Source: Burkholderiales bacterium | Lineage (GTDB): Bacteria > Pseudomonadota > Gammaproteobacteria > Burkholderiales > JACQAP01 | Assembly (NCBI GenBank): GCA_035275265.1 | Contig: DATENC010000017.1 | Location: 6,442-70,441, forward strand | Length of the DNA stretch: 64,000 nucleotides | Direction: 5' to 3' | Made by a program: the position numbers and the translations under genes | The notes under the pieces: generated by a model | Databases searched by the model: none | Told to the model about the DNA's origin: nothing | Seen by the model: the letters and a program-made list of their open reading frames with translations, nothing else | In this document: one piece after another, positions 11,015-20,566 of the stretch | Layout of the letters: each line of letters begins with the position of its first letter | Position numbering within the stretch: the stretch's first letter is position 1

Positions 11015-12391
11015 CTAGAAGGGGAGCTGGGCGGCGGGAGCGGCCTGGTGCAATACCCGCCGGAAGTCTGCCTGGATTCGTTCCAAGGCGGCCTTATCAT
11101 CGGCTTCGAAGCGCAGCACCACCACCGGGGTGGTATTGGAAGAGCGAGCCAGTCCGAAACCGTCCGCGTATTCCACTCGCAGCCCGTCAATTGTGATTAC
11201 TTCACGGGCATCCGGAAAACGCGCGGCCTTCTGCAACTTTTCGATGAGCGCGTAATTCTCGCCTTCCTTGAGCTTGATCTGCAGCTCCGGCGTGTTGACC
11301 GAGTCGGGCAGCTCGTCGAGCGTTGCGTTGATGTCGGGTACGCCGCTCAGGAATTCGAGCAGGCGCGCGCCGGCGTAGAGGCCGTCGTCGAAGCCGTACC
11401 AGCGCTCCTTGAAGAAGATGTGCCCGCTCATTTCACCGGCGAGTAGCGCGCCGGTTTCCTTCATCTTTGCTTTGATCAACGAGTGGCCGGTCTTCCACAT
11501 AGTAGCCCTGCCGCCGTGCTTGCGGATCCAGGGCGCGAGATTGCGGGTGCACTTCACGTCGAACAGGATTTCGGCACCAGGATTGCGCTTGAGCACGTCC
11601 GCGGCGAACAGCATCAGCTGTCGATCCGGGAAGATCACCTTGCCTGCCTTGGTGACTACACCGAGGCGATCGCCGTCGCCGTCGAAAGCCAGCCCGATCT
11701 CGGCGTCTCCTTCCTTGAGTGCCGCGATCAGATCTTTCAGATTCTCCGGCTGCGACGGATCAGGATGATGGTTAGGGAAGGTGCCGTCCACTTCGCAGAA
11801 AAGCTCTTCGACCTCGCAGCCGAGCTTGCCGTACAGCGAGGGCGCAAAGGCGCCGGGTATGCCATTGCCGCAGTCCACTGCGATGCGCATCCTGCGCTTC
11901 ATCTTGATATCGCCGGTCACACGCTCAAGATAGGCGAGGCCGACGTTTTCGCTGCGAATGCTTCCGGAGCCACGCTTCAAGTCTCCAGCTTCCAGCCGCC
12001 GGCGCAGTTTCTGGATGTCGTCGCCCGAAAGCGTGTCGCCCGCGAGCATCATTTTCAAACCGTTGTAATCCGGCGGGTTGTGGCTGCCGGTTACCATGAC
12101 ACCGCTACCCGTGGAGAGGTGGTGCGTCGCGAAGTAAAGAATTGGTGTGGTTACGCGGCCGATGTCGATTACGTCCGCGCCGCTTTTCTGCAGTCCGCGC
12201 GCGAGCGCCTGGGCCAGCGCCGGTCCCGAAATGCGGCCGTCGCGGCCGATGCAGACGGCGCGTTTGCCGCGTGCCTGCGCTTCCGAGCCGATCGCCTGGC
12301 CGATCGCCTCAACCGCCTCGACTGTGAGCGTACGATCGACGATGCCGCGGATGTCATAGGCTTTGAAGATCTCGGGCGCGGGGAGGTTCAT
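11015..12391 (-). CDS. algC: Phosphomannomutase/phosphoglucomutase (AlgC-like)
   Basis: FKAYDIRG, TGSHNP, FDGDGDR, GEMSGH, RSSNTTP. Confidence 0.93.
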   Translation of the reverse strand: MNLPAPEIFKAYDIRGIVDRTLTVEAVEAIGQAIGSEAQARGKRAVCIGRDGRISGPALAQALARGLQKSGADVIDIGRVTTPILYFATHHLSTGSGVMVTGSHNPPDYNGLKMMLAGDTLSGDDIQKLRRRLEAGDLKRGSGSIRSENVGLAYLERVTGDIKMKRRMRIAVDCGNGIPGAFAPSLYGKLGCEVEELFCEVDGTFPNHHPDPSQPENLKDLIAALKEGDAEIGLAFDGDGDRLGVVTKAGKVIFPDRQLMLFAADVLKRNPGAEILFDVKCTRNLAPWIRKHGGRATMWKTGHSLIKAKMKETGALLAGEMSGHIFFKERWYGFDDGLYAGARLLEFLSGVPDINATLDELPDSVNTPELQIKLKEGENYALIEKLQKAARFPDAREVITIDGLRVEYADGFGLARSSNTTPVVVLRFEADDKAALERIQADFRRVLHQAAPAAQLPF

Positions 12392-12436
12392 GCAGGCGAG
12401 AATAACAAAGGTCCGCCGCGAAAGCATCATGCACGG

Positions 12437-13429
12437 TCATCGCGTGCGCCTATCCCCTTCCTGATCGCGGCCAACGATATGTTGCTCAAAGAAGCGGATT
12501 ACACGCCGGGGCATCCACTCCAAGTTGCCCGGAAACGACCCCGACGCGAATCCGACGTGGCCTCCTCCGTCCGGAAACTCCAGGTGCAGGCTTGCCGATA
12601 CCTGCTGCGGCGACGGCAGAAAACGCCCTGGCAGGAACGGGTCATTGCGGGCGTGCACGATCAGCGTGGGCACGGAAATGTGCGCAAGATCGGGCATGCT
12701 GCTGGCGCGCGTCCAGTAATCGTCGGTGTCTCTGAAGCCGTGCAGCGGCGCGGTGACCAGATTGTCGAACTCGCGCAACGTGCGCGAGCGCTTTACGGCA
12801 TCCCTGTCGTACAGGCCGGGAAAGCGCGTCAACTTGGCGAGGCCTTTTTTCTTCAGCCGCGCCAGGAAATGACTGCCGTAGGCGCGTGACAAGCCGCTGC
12901 CCAAGCGATCGCCGGCGGTCATCAGGTCCATCGGTGCCGACACGGCGGCCGCCGCGTCCACGATTGCCGCCGCATCGGCGCGCTCGCGCCCGAGCCATTT
13001 AAGCAGCGCATTGCCGCCGAGCGAAACGCCGACGGGCAACAACGCAGTATGTTCCGGTAAAGCGCGCAGACGGCGCAAGACCCAGTCGATTTCGTCGGCA
13101 TCGCCGGAATGGTAGGCGCGGGGCAATCGGTTTGGCTCGCCGCCACAGCCCCGGAAGTGCACCACGACACCGCGCCAGCCGCGCATCGCCACCGCGCGCA
13201 TCAACGCCGTGGCGTAGTGGCTGGTCGAGCTTCCCTCGAGTCCATGGAAAAGCGCAACCAGCGGCGCCGGTCGTTGCACATCCACCCAATCTAGTTCGAT
13301 GAAATCGCCATCCGGCGTGTCCCAACGTTCGCGCCGGTAGGGCGGCGGGCGGTGCCTCAGAACAAAATAGGGGTAGACGGTCTGCAGATGCCCGCCGGGC
13401 AACCACCATGGCGCGCGGTAGTCCTTCAT
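12437..13429 (-). CDS. YheT-family alpha/beta hydrolase
   Basis: PWWLPGGHLQT, HGLEGSS, GVSLGG nucleophile elbow, GGHVGF. Confidence 0.88.
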   Translation of the reverse strand: MKDYRAPWWLPGGHLQTVYPYFVLRHRPPPYRRERWDTPDGDFIELDWVDVQRPAPLVALFHGLEGSSTSHYATALMRAVAMRGWRGVVVHFRGCGGEPNRLPRAYHSGDADEIDWVLRRLRALPEHTALLPVGVSLGGNALLKWLGRERADAAAIVDAAAAVSAPMDLMTAGDRLGSGLSRAYGSHFLARLKKKGLAKLTRFPGLYDRDAVKRSRTLREFDNLVTAPLHGFRDTDDYWTRASSMPDLAHISVPTLIVHARNDPFLPGRFLPSPQQVSASLHLEFPDGGGHVGFASGSFPGNLEWMPRRVIRFFEQHIVGRDQEGDRRTR

Positions 13430-13857
13430 CAGTGCAGCATGGAGGGCGGATTTTCCTGGGGTGCGGGCTCGCCTGCAAGCGGCGAACCGTGGTGCATCAA
13501 CATCCGCCAGCCCCGGTCTCCAAGCAGATAAATGTTGGTGGCGAGCACGGGGTTCGCCGGCCGCGGGTCTCCGGCCACCGTAACCTGTTCGTACACGCTG
13601 TGAATCGAAAGCATGCGCCCGGAGAACACGCGGCTGCCGGTGAGCCGAAAGCGCAGGCTTGGGCCCTGCGCAAAAATCTTCCGCCAGGATTCGCGCACCT
13701 CTACGACGCCGGTGAGACGCGCACCGCCCGGATGGACGCAGACAATATCGTCTTCCTCGGCCCACACGGCCATCATCGCGGCGAGGTCGGCGCGTTCGAA
13801 TGCCTGGTAAAAGGCCTGCTCGGCCTCCTGGGCCGTCGCGAAGGTCGCGGTGATCAC
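13429..13857 (-). CDS. SnoaL/NTF2-like (YybH-type) protein
   Basis: AEQAFYQAFERADL, CVHPGG, WRMLMHHGS. Confidence 0.82.
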   Translation of the reverse strand: MITATFATAQEAEQAFYQAFERADLAAMMAVWAEEDDIVCVHPGGARLTGVVEVRESWRKIFAQGPSLRFRLTGSRVFSGRMLSIHSVYEQVTVAGDPRPANPVLATNIYLLGDRGWRMLMHHGSPLAGEPAPQENPPSMLH

Positions 13858-14915
13858 GTCTGGAAATTACGGTGAATTTCGTCGAGTACGCGGCTCGGAG
13901 CGAGCTTGATCATACAATCGAAGTGCTTGAGCGGGCAGACGCGCTGGAAACACGGGCTGCAAGGAACCTCATGCTTTACCACGCGCGCCCGGTCGGAAAG
14001 CGGTGGGGTAAATGAGGGAGAACTCGAGCCGTACAGTGCGATCATCGGGCGATCGAGCGCCGCGGCGACATGCATCAGTCCGGAATCGTTGCTTACGACC
14101 AGGTCCGCGCACGACAACAACACCACGGCATCGTCGAGCGTAGTTCGGCCGCAAAGATTCACGGCATCGGGGGTGGTTGCCGAGATGGCGTTGCCGATGT
14201 CGTGCTCCTTCGCCGATCCCACCAGCCACACCATGTAGCCCTCGGCGCCCAGTCTTTGCGCCAATTCGCCGTAATACTGTGCCGGCCAGCGCTTTGACGG
14301 ACCGAACTCTGCGCCCGGACAAAAACACACGACCCGACCGGTGCCTCCCAGACCGAGGCGCTCGCGCAGGTGGGCGCGCTCTGCCTCGTTGACTCGCAGT
14401 TGTGGTCTGGGGACCGGTCGCGTCAGGGCGTCGTCCGCTGCATCTGCCAACCATGCGAAGCGCTCCACCATCAACGGCAGCGTCCGCACGTCGAGCGGGC
14501 GCGCTTCAGTAAGCAACCACTGCCGCAACTCTCCGATGAAACCGATGCGTTCGGGAATGCCGGCGAACATGGGTACGAGCGCTGACTTGAATGAGTTCGG
14601 GAGCACGAAGGCACGATCGTATTGGTTGGCGCGCAGGATACGAGCGAGGCGCCAGCGCTTGCCGAGTGCCAACTCACCGTGGCCAAACGGGCTTTCCAGG
14701 GTTTCGCCGACTTCAGGCATGCGGCGGAAGATCGGCAGCGCCCAGCCGGGAGCGAGGATGTCGATACGTGACCGCGGGTGCTGTTGCTTGAGGCGCGTGA
14801 GCAAAGGTTGGGACAATAGCGCGTCGCCGACCCACGAGGGCGCTACCACAAGGATTCTAAGACCAGCAGTCACCACAGATTTTGAACCGAACGAGAAATA
14901 CGAGGCGCGGAGCAC
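13854..14915 (-). CDS. waaF: LPS heptosyltransferase II (start uncertain)
   Basis: LVVAPSWVGDA, PNSFKSA, CPGAEFGPSKRWP, NDSGLMHVAAA, YGSSSP. Confidence 0.95.
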   Translation of the reverse strand: MLRASYFSFGSKSVVTAGLRILVVAPSWVGDALLSQPLLTRLKQQHPRSRIDILAPGWALPIFRRMPEVGETLESPFGHGELALGKRWRLARILRANQYDRAFVLPNSFKSALVPMFAGIPERIGFIGELRQWLLTEARPLDVRTLPLMVERFAWLADAADDALTRPVPRPQLRVNEAERAHLRERLGLGGTGRVVCFCPGAEFGPSKRWPAQYYGELAQRLGAEGYMVWLVGSAKEHDIGNAISATTPDAVNLCGRTTLDDAVVLLSCADLVVSNDSGLMHVAAALDRPMIALYGSSSPSFTPPLSDRARVVKHEVPCSPCFQRVCPLKHFDCMIKLAPSRVLDEIHRNFQT

Positions 14916-15038
14916 GCCAAGGAAAGTCAGTTTGCAAGGAGGCCGCCGGCAATTGGGTGCTCACTGTGGAACGAAAATATCCGCATTTCTGTTTCTGGAT
15001 TGGGTTGTTTTTCCTCCGAGTCCCTCTCGTTGAGCGTT

Positions 15039-15242
15039 TCAACGTGCTGGTTTGACTGATCCGTGAAGCGCGTAGCGCGTACCGCAGTAAGGGCACAATG
15101 CCTCGCCGGTTTTCTCGATCGCCAGGAATACGCGCGGGTGCGAATTCCAGAGCTTCTGCGACGGTAAAGGGCAGTGCAGCGGCAATTCGGCCGCCGTTAC
15201 CACGACCTCGTGTTCCTTGCTGGCGCTCTTGACCGGGTCCAT
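15039..15242 (-). CDS. zf-CHCC zinc-finger protein
   Basis: LHCP...WNSHPRVFL...CPYCGTRY. Confidence 0.88.
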   Translation of the reverse strand: MDPVKSASKEHEVVVTAAELPLHCPLPSQKLWNSHPRVFLAIEKTGEALCPYCGTRYALHGSVKPAR

Positions 15243-15261
15243 GTCTGCCTGGCGGTGGTGC

Positions 15262-16182
15262 TCAGACGAAATGCAGCCAGTGGCTGTATTTGTCCGACCG
15301 GCCGTTGACCACGTCGAAAAACATGGATTGGAGCTTCTCGGTCAGCGGACCGCGTTTTCCGGCGCCGACAGTGCGGCCGTCCACTTCACGGATTGGCGTG
15401 ACTTCGGCCGCGGTACCCGTAAAGAACACCTCATCGGCGATGTACAGGTCATCCCGGGTGATGCGCTTGGCATTGATCGCGTAGCCGAGGTCACCGGCGA
15501 GTTGGATCACCGATTCGCGGGTGATGCCTATGAGCGCGGAGTTCAGCTCCGGTTCGACGATCTTGTCGTTCTTGATCATGAACAGATTTTCGCCGGCACC
15601 TTCGGCCACGAATCCGTCCACATCAAGCAACAACCCCTCGTCATAACCGTGTTCGGTTGCCTCCATGTTGGCCAGGATGGAGTTGGCGTAGGTGCCGGAA
15701 TACTTGGCCCGGCACATCGACACATTGACATGGTGGCGCGCGTACGAAGAGGTTTTCACGCGAATGCCCTTTTCGAGACCCTCGCTGCCCAGGTAAGCGC
15801 CCCAGGGCCAGGCCGCAATTGCGACATGGACTTTCGCGCCCTTGGGAGACACGCCCATCTTTTCCGAACCATAGAAGGCGATCGGCCGCACATAACACGA
15901 ATCCAGCTTGTTGGCGCGCACCACTTCTTTTTGCGCCGCCATCAGCGTTTCCCTGTCGTAGGGAATTTTCATCATGTAGATGTGTGCGGAATTGAACAGA
16001 CGTTCGGTGTGCTCCTTCAGACGGAAGATGGCGGTGCCTTTGACAGTCTTGTAGGCGCGCAACCCCTCGAATACCGCGAGTCCGTAGTGCAGCGAATGGG
16101 TGAGCACGTGCGTCGTTGCCTCGCGCCAGGGCACCATTTTGCCGTCATACCAGATCAGACCGTCGCGGTCGGCCATCGACAT
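15262..16182 (-). CDS. ilvE: Branched-chain amino acid aminotransferase
   Basis: SLHYGLAVFEG, EGAGENLF, FFTGTAAEVTPI. Confidence 0.97.
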   Translation of the reverse strand: MSMADRDGLIWYDGKMVPWREATTHVLTHSLHYGLAVFEGLRAYKTVKGTAIFRLKEHTERLFNSAHIYMMKIPYDRETLMAAQKEVVRANKLDSCYVRPIAFYGSEKMGVSPKGAKVHVAIAAWPWGAYLGSEGLEKGIRVKTSSYARHHVNVSMCRAKYSGTYANSILANMEATEHGYDEGLLLDVDGFVAEGAGENLFMIKNDKIVEPELNSALIGITRESVIQLAGDLGYAINAKRITRDDLYIADEVFFTGTAAEVTPIREVDGRTVGAGKRGPLTEKLQSMFFDVVNGRSDKYSHWLHFV

Positions 16183-16349
16183 ATTGCTTACTCCCTTGAA
16201 AAGGCATTAATTCTAGCGCAGACGCCCGACTTTGAAGAGTGTATCCGGTTCGCCTTGCGGGAACGCGCTCGCATGCTTTACTCTTGGGCTTTTTCGAAGC
16301 GGCTGCCGCCAAGAAAAACAACCCAAACCGAAAAAACAGTATCGATTCC

Positions 16350-17639
16350 ATGGCCGAACCCGTCAAAACTGCCGTTATCGCCGGACGCGGGCTGATTTCG
16401 CGTTTGGGCAACGCGGCGATCGACGCGAACGACAGCGAGGAAACAAGGCTGCGCAAGACGCTGCTTATTTTCGCCAGCGGCCTGATGAACCTCGCTGCGA
16501 TTATCTGGCTGGCGATTTACTGGTGGATGGGGATGAAGCTCCCCACCTCGATTCCGCTGGGTTTCCAGGTGCTGTCGGCGCTGGTTGTGCTGATCTACCT
16601 GCGCACACGCAATTTCGATTTCTTCCGCGTCGCGCAATTGTCGCTGTTCCTGTTCTTTCCCTTCATCATCCAGTGGTCGATAGGCAGCTTCGTGAGCTCT
16701 TCGGGCATCGCGCTGCTGGCGATTCTCGCGCCGATCGGCGCCACGGTCTGCTACGGCCCACGCGAGTCGATCCCCTGGTTTTTCGCCTACGTGGTGCTGA
16801 CCATCCTCTCGGGCGTGTTCGATTTCTTCCTCGCCAGAGGCGAGGATTACGGCATCCCGATGAAGACCATAGCGGTTTTCTTCGTGCTGAACTTCACCAT
16901 CATTTCCACGATGGTGTACCTGTTGCTGCGCCATTTCATCCAGGAACGCAACCGCTATGAGAAACAGCTCGCCGAGCAGCACGAACTGGTGCGGATCGAA
17001 CGCGAAAAATCGGAGCGGCTGCTGGTCAGTATCCTTCCCACCCACATCGCGGAGCGTCTCAAGCTCCAGCCCGGCACAATAGCCGACGGCTTTGCCGACG
17101 TGTCGGTGATGTTCGCTGACGTGGTGGATTTCACCCGAATGGCTGAGGAGCTGACGCCCAATCAGGTGGTGTCCTTCCTCGACGAGGTGTTCACACGTTT
17201 CGACAAACTGACCGCGCAATACGGCCTAGACAAGATCAAGACCATCGGTGATGCCTACATGGTGGTGGGCGGATTGGCGGGAAACCGGCTGAACTATGTG
17301 GACCATGTCGCCGACATGGCCCTGGAGATAATGGAGCTGACCCGAAGTGATCCGCAGTTGCGGCGCCTGGCGGTGCAGCTTCATATCGGGATCGCGACCG
17401 GCCCGGCGATCGCAGGCGTGATCGGCGCCACGCGCTTCATCTACGACTTGTGGGGGGACACCGTCAATCTGTCCAGCCGGCTCACTGCCGAGGCGTCCGG
17501 GGGCATCATCCTGGTGGACAAGACCACCTATCGCCGGCTCGGCCAGCGTTATTCCTTTGACGAGCCGCGGACGATTGCGATCAAAGGCAAGGGCGAGACC
17601 ACGGTCTACCGACTTGCCGGGAAAGTCTCCTCGAGTTAG
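16350..17639 (+). CDS. Membrane-bound class III adenylate cyclase
   Basis: About 6 hydrophobic segments then VSVMFADVVDFT, KIKTIGDAYM, YDLWGDTVNLSSRL (Lys/Asp adenine-specifying pair, Asn/Arg present). Confidence 0.88.
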   Translation: MAEPVKTAVIAGRGLISRLGNAAIDANDSEETRLRKTLLIFASGLMNLAAIIWLAIYWWMGMKLPTSIPLGFQVLSALVVLIYLRTRNFDFFRVAQLSLFLFFPFIIQWSIGSFVSSSGIALLAILAPIGATVCYGPRESIPWFFAYVVLTILSGVFDFFLARGEDYGIPMKTIAVFFVLNFTIISTMVYLLLRHFIQERNRYEKQLAEQHELVRIEREKSERLLVSILPTHIAERLKLQPGTIADGFADVSVMFADVVDFTRMAEELTPNQVVSFLDEVFTRFDKLTAQYGLDKIKTIGDAYMVVGGLAGNRLNYVDHVADMALEIMELTRSDPQLRRLAVQLHIGIATGPAIAGVIGATRFIYDLWGDTVNLSSRLTAEASGGIILVDKTTYRRLGQRYSFDEPRTIAIKGKGETTVYRLAGKVSSS

Positions 17640-17658
17640 CGCCGTATTTCAAGCCGCG

Positions 17659-20355
17659 TTATCTCGAGAACACCCGTTCCCAAAGCCTGACCACGGCTTT
17701 CGTGTGTGCCGCCACGGTCGCTGGCTGCACGCGCGCGTAACGCTCGCCTTGCAGGCGTATCTGGTGCTGCAGTCGCCGGAACTCGCGATAGGCCGCATGG
17801 GCGGACGCAGCCATGTCTTCCGGTATCAATCCAAGTCCGGCCGCGAGTTTGAGCAAAGCCAGATTGCCGATGTTCCCGGTCAGTCCCACATGGCGATGCG
17901 CGTTGCCGAGCACCAGGTACTGGACGATAAACTCGACGTCGACGATGCCGCCGCGGTCGTGTTTCAGGTCAAAAAGCCCGGTGTCGTTAGGATGGCCCTG
18001 GCGCATCTTGTCGCGCATCGCGCTGATCTCCAGCCCGAGCGAGGTTTCATCGCGCTGCCTGCGCAGTATTTCTACGCGCATGGCCTCGAAGCGGGCGCCG
18101 ATTTGCGCATCTCCGGCGACCGCGCGTGCGCGCGTGAGGGCCTGGTGTTCCCAGATCCACGCATTCTTGAACTGGTAGTCCTGGAATGCGGCGATGTCGC
18201 TTACCAGCAAGCCGGACGCGCCGTTAGGCCGAAGCCGCAGGTCGGTCTCATAGAGCACGCCCGCGGAGGTGGTGCTGGTAAGCAGGGTATTGATGCGCTG
18301 CGCGAGCCTGGCGTAGGTCTCGGGCGCGATCTCGTGCGCGTCGTCGTACAGAAAGATGATGTCGAGGTCCGATTCGTAACCCAGTTCCTTGCCGCCGAGC
18401 TTGCCGTAGCCGACGACGGCAAAGCGCGGTTGGTCACGGTGGCGCACCCGCAAGCCGACCCAGGCCAGCCGCAGCACTTCCTCGAGCACCACGCACGCGA
18501 GGTCGCTGAGGTGGTCGGACAGCGTTTCCAGCGGCAGGTCTCCGGCAAGGTCGAGCGCAAGCAGTCGCAGCGTCTGTGTCTGCTTGAATTGGCGCAGGAT
18601 ATCCATCTGCCGCTCGGAATTGGCGGCGTGCTCGTCGAGACTGGAACGCAAGGCGGTGCGCAGTTGCGGCCATTCAGGCGCGTGTCTGCTTTGCGGCGTG
18701 ATCAGCTCGTCGAGCAGTATCGGGTGCTGTGCCATGTACGCGGCTGCCCAGGGGCTTGCGGAAGCCAGATGGGCGAGGCGCGCCAGCGCCGGCGGATACT
18801 CGAGCAGCAGCGCGAGGTAGGATTCGCGTCGGCCGATGCTTTCCACCACCTGCAGCACCCGCTCGAAAGTCGCGTCCGGACCAGAGAGAGTCGTGGCTAG
18901 CTTGAGCAATTTCGGCATCAACTGGTCCAGGCGTGCCTGGCCAGAGGCCGCCATGCGGCGATACGGGCCGCTGGAGCGGATGGCAGCGATCAGCCGGAAA
19001 ATGCGTGCCGCGTCGGCGTAACCCAGCGCGGCAATACGGGCCAGCGAATCTTTCTCTGGTAACTGTTGCTGCCAGAGGTCGGCGCAGGGATCTGCCGTCG
19101 CATCTTGGGGCTCTGCGGCAAAGATCGCTTCGAAATGTCGGGACACCACGCCGCGATGTATCCTCAGGTCTCGGTCCAGGTCGGCATAGTCGGAATAGCC
19201 CATCATTTCGGCAATTAACTTCCGGTCTTCCGAGCCCGCGGGGAGCATCTGTGTCTGCTGATCATCCAGGTATTGCAGACGGTGCTCTAGATTGCGCAGA
19301 AACACGTAGGCCTGATGCAATTCCCCGACTGCCGCCGCCGGCAGCAACTGCTTTTCTCCAAGCAGGCCAAGCGCTTTCAGCGTTGGTCGCAGGCGCAATT
19401 GCGGTTCGCGCCCCCCGCGAATAATCTGAAACACCTGTACCAGAAACTCGATCTCGCGGATTCCGCCGGGACCGATCTTGATGTTGTCCGCGATCTCGCG
19501 CCGCTGCACTTCCTGGCGGATCTGCGCATGCAGGTCGCGCAGGCTGGCCAGCGCGCTAAAGTCGAGGTGGCGCCGGTACACGAATGGGGCGACGATGGCC
19601 TCGAGCTGCGCGCCCCGGCCGCCGCTGATGGTCCGGCCCTTGACCCAGGCGTAGCGTTCCCATTCGCGGCCCTGCGTGGCGAGGTAATCCTCCAGCATGT
19701 CGAAACTCACCACCAGGGGCCCGCCGTCGCCGTACGGCCTGAGCCGCGTGTCGACCCGGAACACAAAGCCGTCCGCGGTCACTTCGCCGAGCGCAGCGAT
19801 CAGTTTGCGTGCCAGACGGGTGAAATATTCGCTGTTGGCGATCCGGCGCGGGCCGTCGGTCTCCCCGTCTTCGGGATACGCGAGGATGAGGTCGATGTCC
19901 GAGGACACGTTGAGTTCGGCGCCGCCGAGCTTGCCCATGCCGATCACGTGCAATTCCTGCACTTCCCCTGTTGCGACGCCGAGGGGTCTGCCGAAGTCGC
20001 GTGTAAGCCAGTGCACATGGCGTGCAGCCGCGGCGCGCACGGTTTCTTCCGCTAGCGCCGTGGCAGTCGCGACGACCTCGGCAAGGTCGGCGCGCCCGCC
20101 AAGGTCGCGGGTTATGAGCCGCACCATGACCGCCTGGCGCAGCCGGCGCAGGCCGGCCTTGAGCGCGTCCTCGTCGCCAAAGTCGGCGCCGGAAAGGCGC
20201 GCGCGCATCTCGTCGGGCGCAAACGGCGAATCCGCTGCAGCTTCGATGGCGAGCGCAGGATTTGCCGACAGCAGGTGACGCGCGTAGCGCGACAGGCGCG
20301 CGGCGCGCGTGATGCCTTCGGATGGTGTGCCGTTGGAAGGTACGGGAGAAGACAT
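17659..20355 (-). CDS. glnE: Bifunctional glutamine synthetase adenylyltransferase/adenylyl-removing enzyme
   Basis: GMGKLGGAELNVSSDIDL, RVDTRLRPYG, GYGKLGGKELGYESDLD, DLKHDRGGIVDVEF. Confidence 0.96.
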   Translation of the reverse strand: MSSPVPSNGTPSEGITRAARLSRYARHLLSANPALAIEAAADSPFAPDEMRARLSGADFGDEDALKAGLRRLRQAVMVRLITRDLGGRADLAEVVATATALAEETVRAAAARHVHWLTRDFGRPLGVATGEVQELHVIGMGKLGGAELNVSSDIDLILAYPEDGETDGPRRIANSEYFTRLARKLIAALGEVTADGFVFRVDTRLRPYGDGGPLVVSFDMLEDYLATQGREWERYAWVKGRTISGGRGAQLEAIVAPFVYRRHLDFSALASLRDLHAQIRQEVQRREIADNIKIGPGGIREIEFLVQVFQIIRGGREPQLRLRPTLKALGLLGEKQLLPAAAVGELHQAYVFLRNLEHRLQYLDDQQTQMLPAGSEDRKLIAEMMGYSDYADLDRDLRIHRGVVSRHFEAIFAAEPQDATADPCADLWQQQLPEKDSLARIAALGYADAARIFRLIAAIRSSGPYRRMAASGQARLDQLMPKLLKLATTLSGPDATFERVLQVVESIGRRESYLALLLEYPPALARLAHLASASPWAAAYMAQHPILLDELITPQSRHAPEWPQLRTALRSSLDEHAANSERQMDILRQFKQTQTLRLLALDLAGDLPLETLSDHLSDLACVVLEEVLRLAWVGLRVRHRDQPRFAVVGYGKLGGKELGYESDLDIIFLYDDAHEIAPETYARLAQRINTLLTSTTSAGVLYETDLRLRPNGASGLLVSDIAAFQDYQFKNAWIWEHQALTRARAVAGDAQIGARFEAMRVEILRRQRDETSLGLEISAMRDKMRQGHPNDTGLFDLKHDRGGIVDVEFIVQYLVLGNAHRHVGLTGNIGNLALLKLAAGLGLIPEDMAASAHAAYREFRRLQHQIRLQGERYARVQPATVAAHTKAVVRLWERVFSR

Positions 20356-20566
20356 GCCCCGGTAGTCTAGAATCCGGAAATCCTGAGAGCAGGATACCCG
20401 AATCGGCGTTCGCTCCCGACCGATGTCAACGCATTGGCGTCTCGCGCGTCAACGTGCGCTCGAACGGTTGGCAGAGAGCATGCAGAAGCAGCTGGACAAT
20501 CGGGGAATCTTATTGCCGACCGGGTATCCTAATTGTATCTTTCCCATGCCCTGACCTCGTCACACT

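Noticed and set aside
20366-20410. GAATCC-type heptamer repeat upstream of glnE
   Set aside because: Too degenerate (2-3 loose units) to call.
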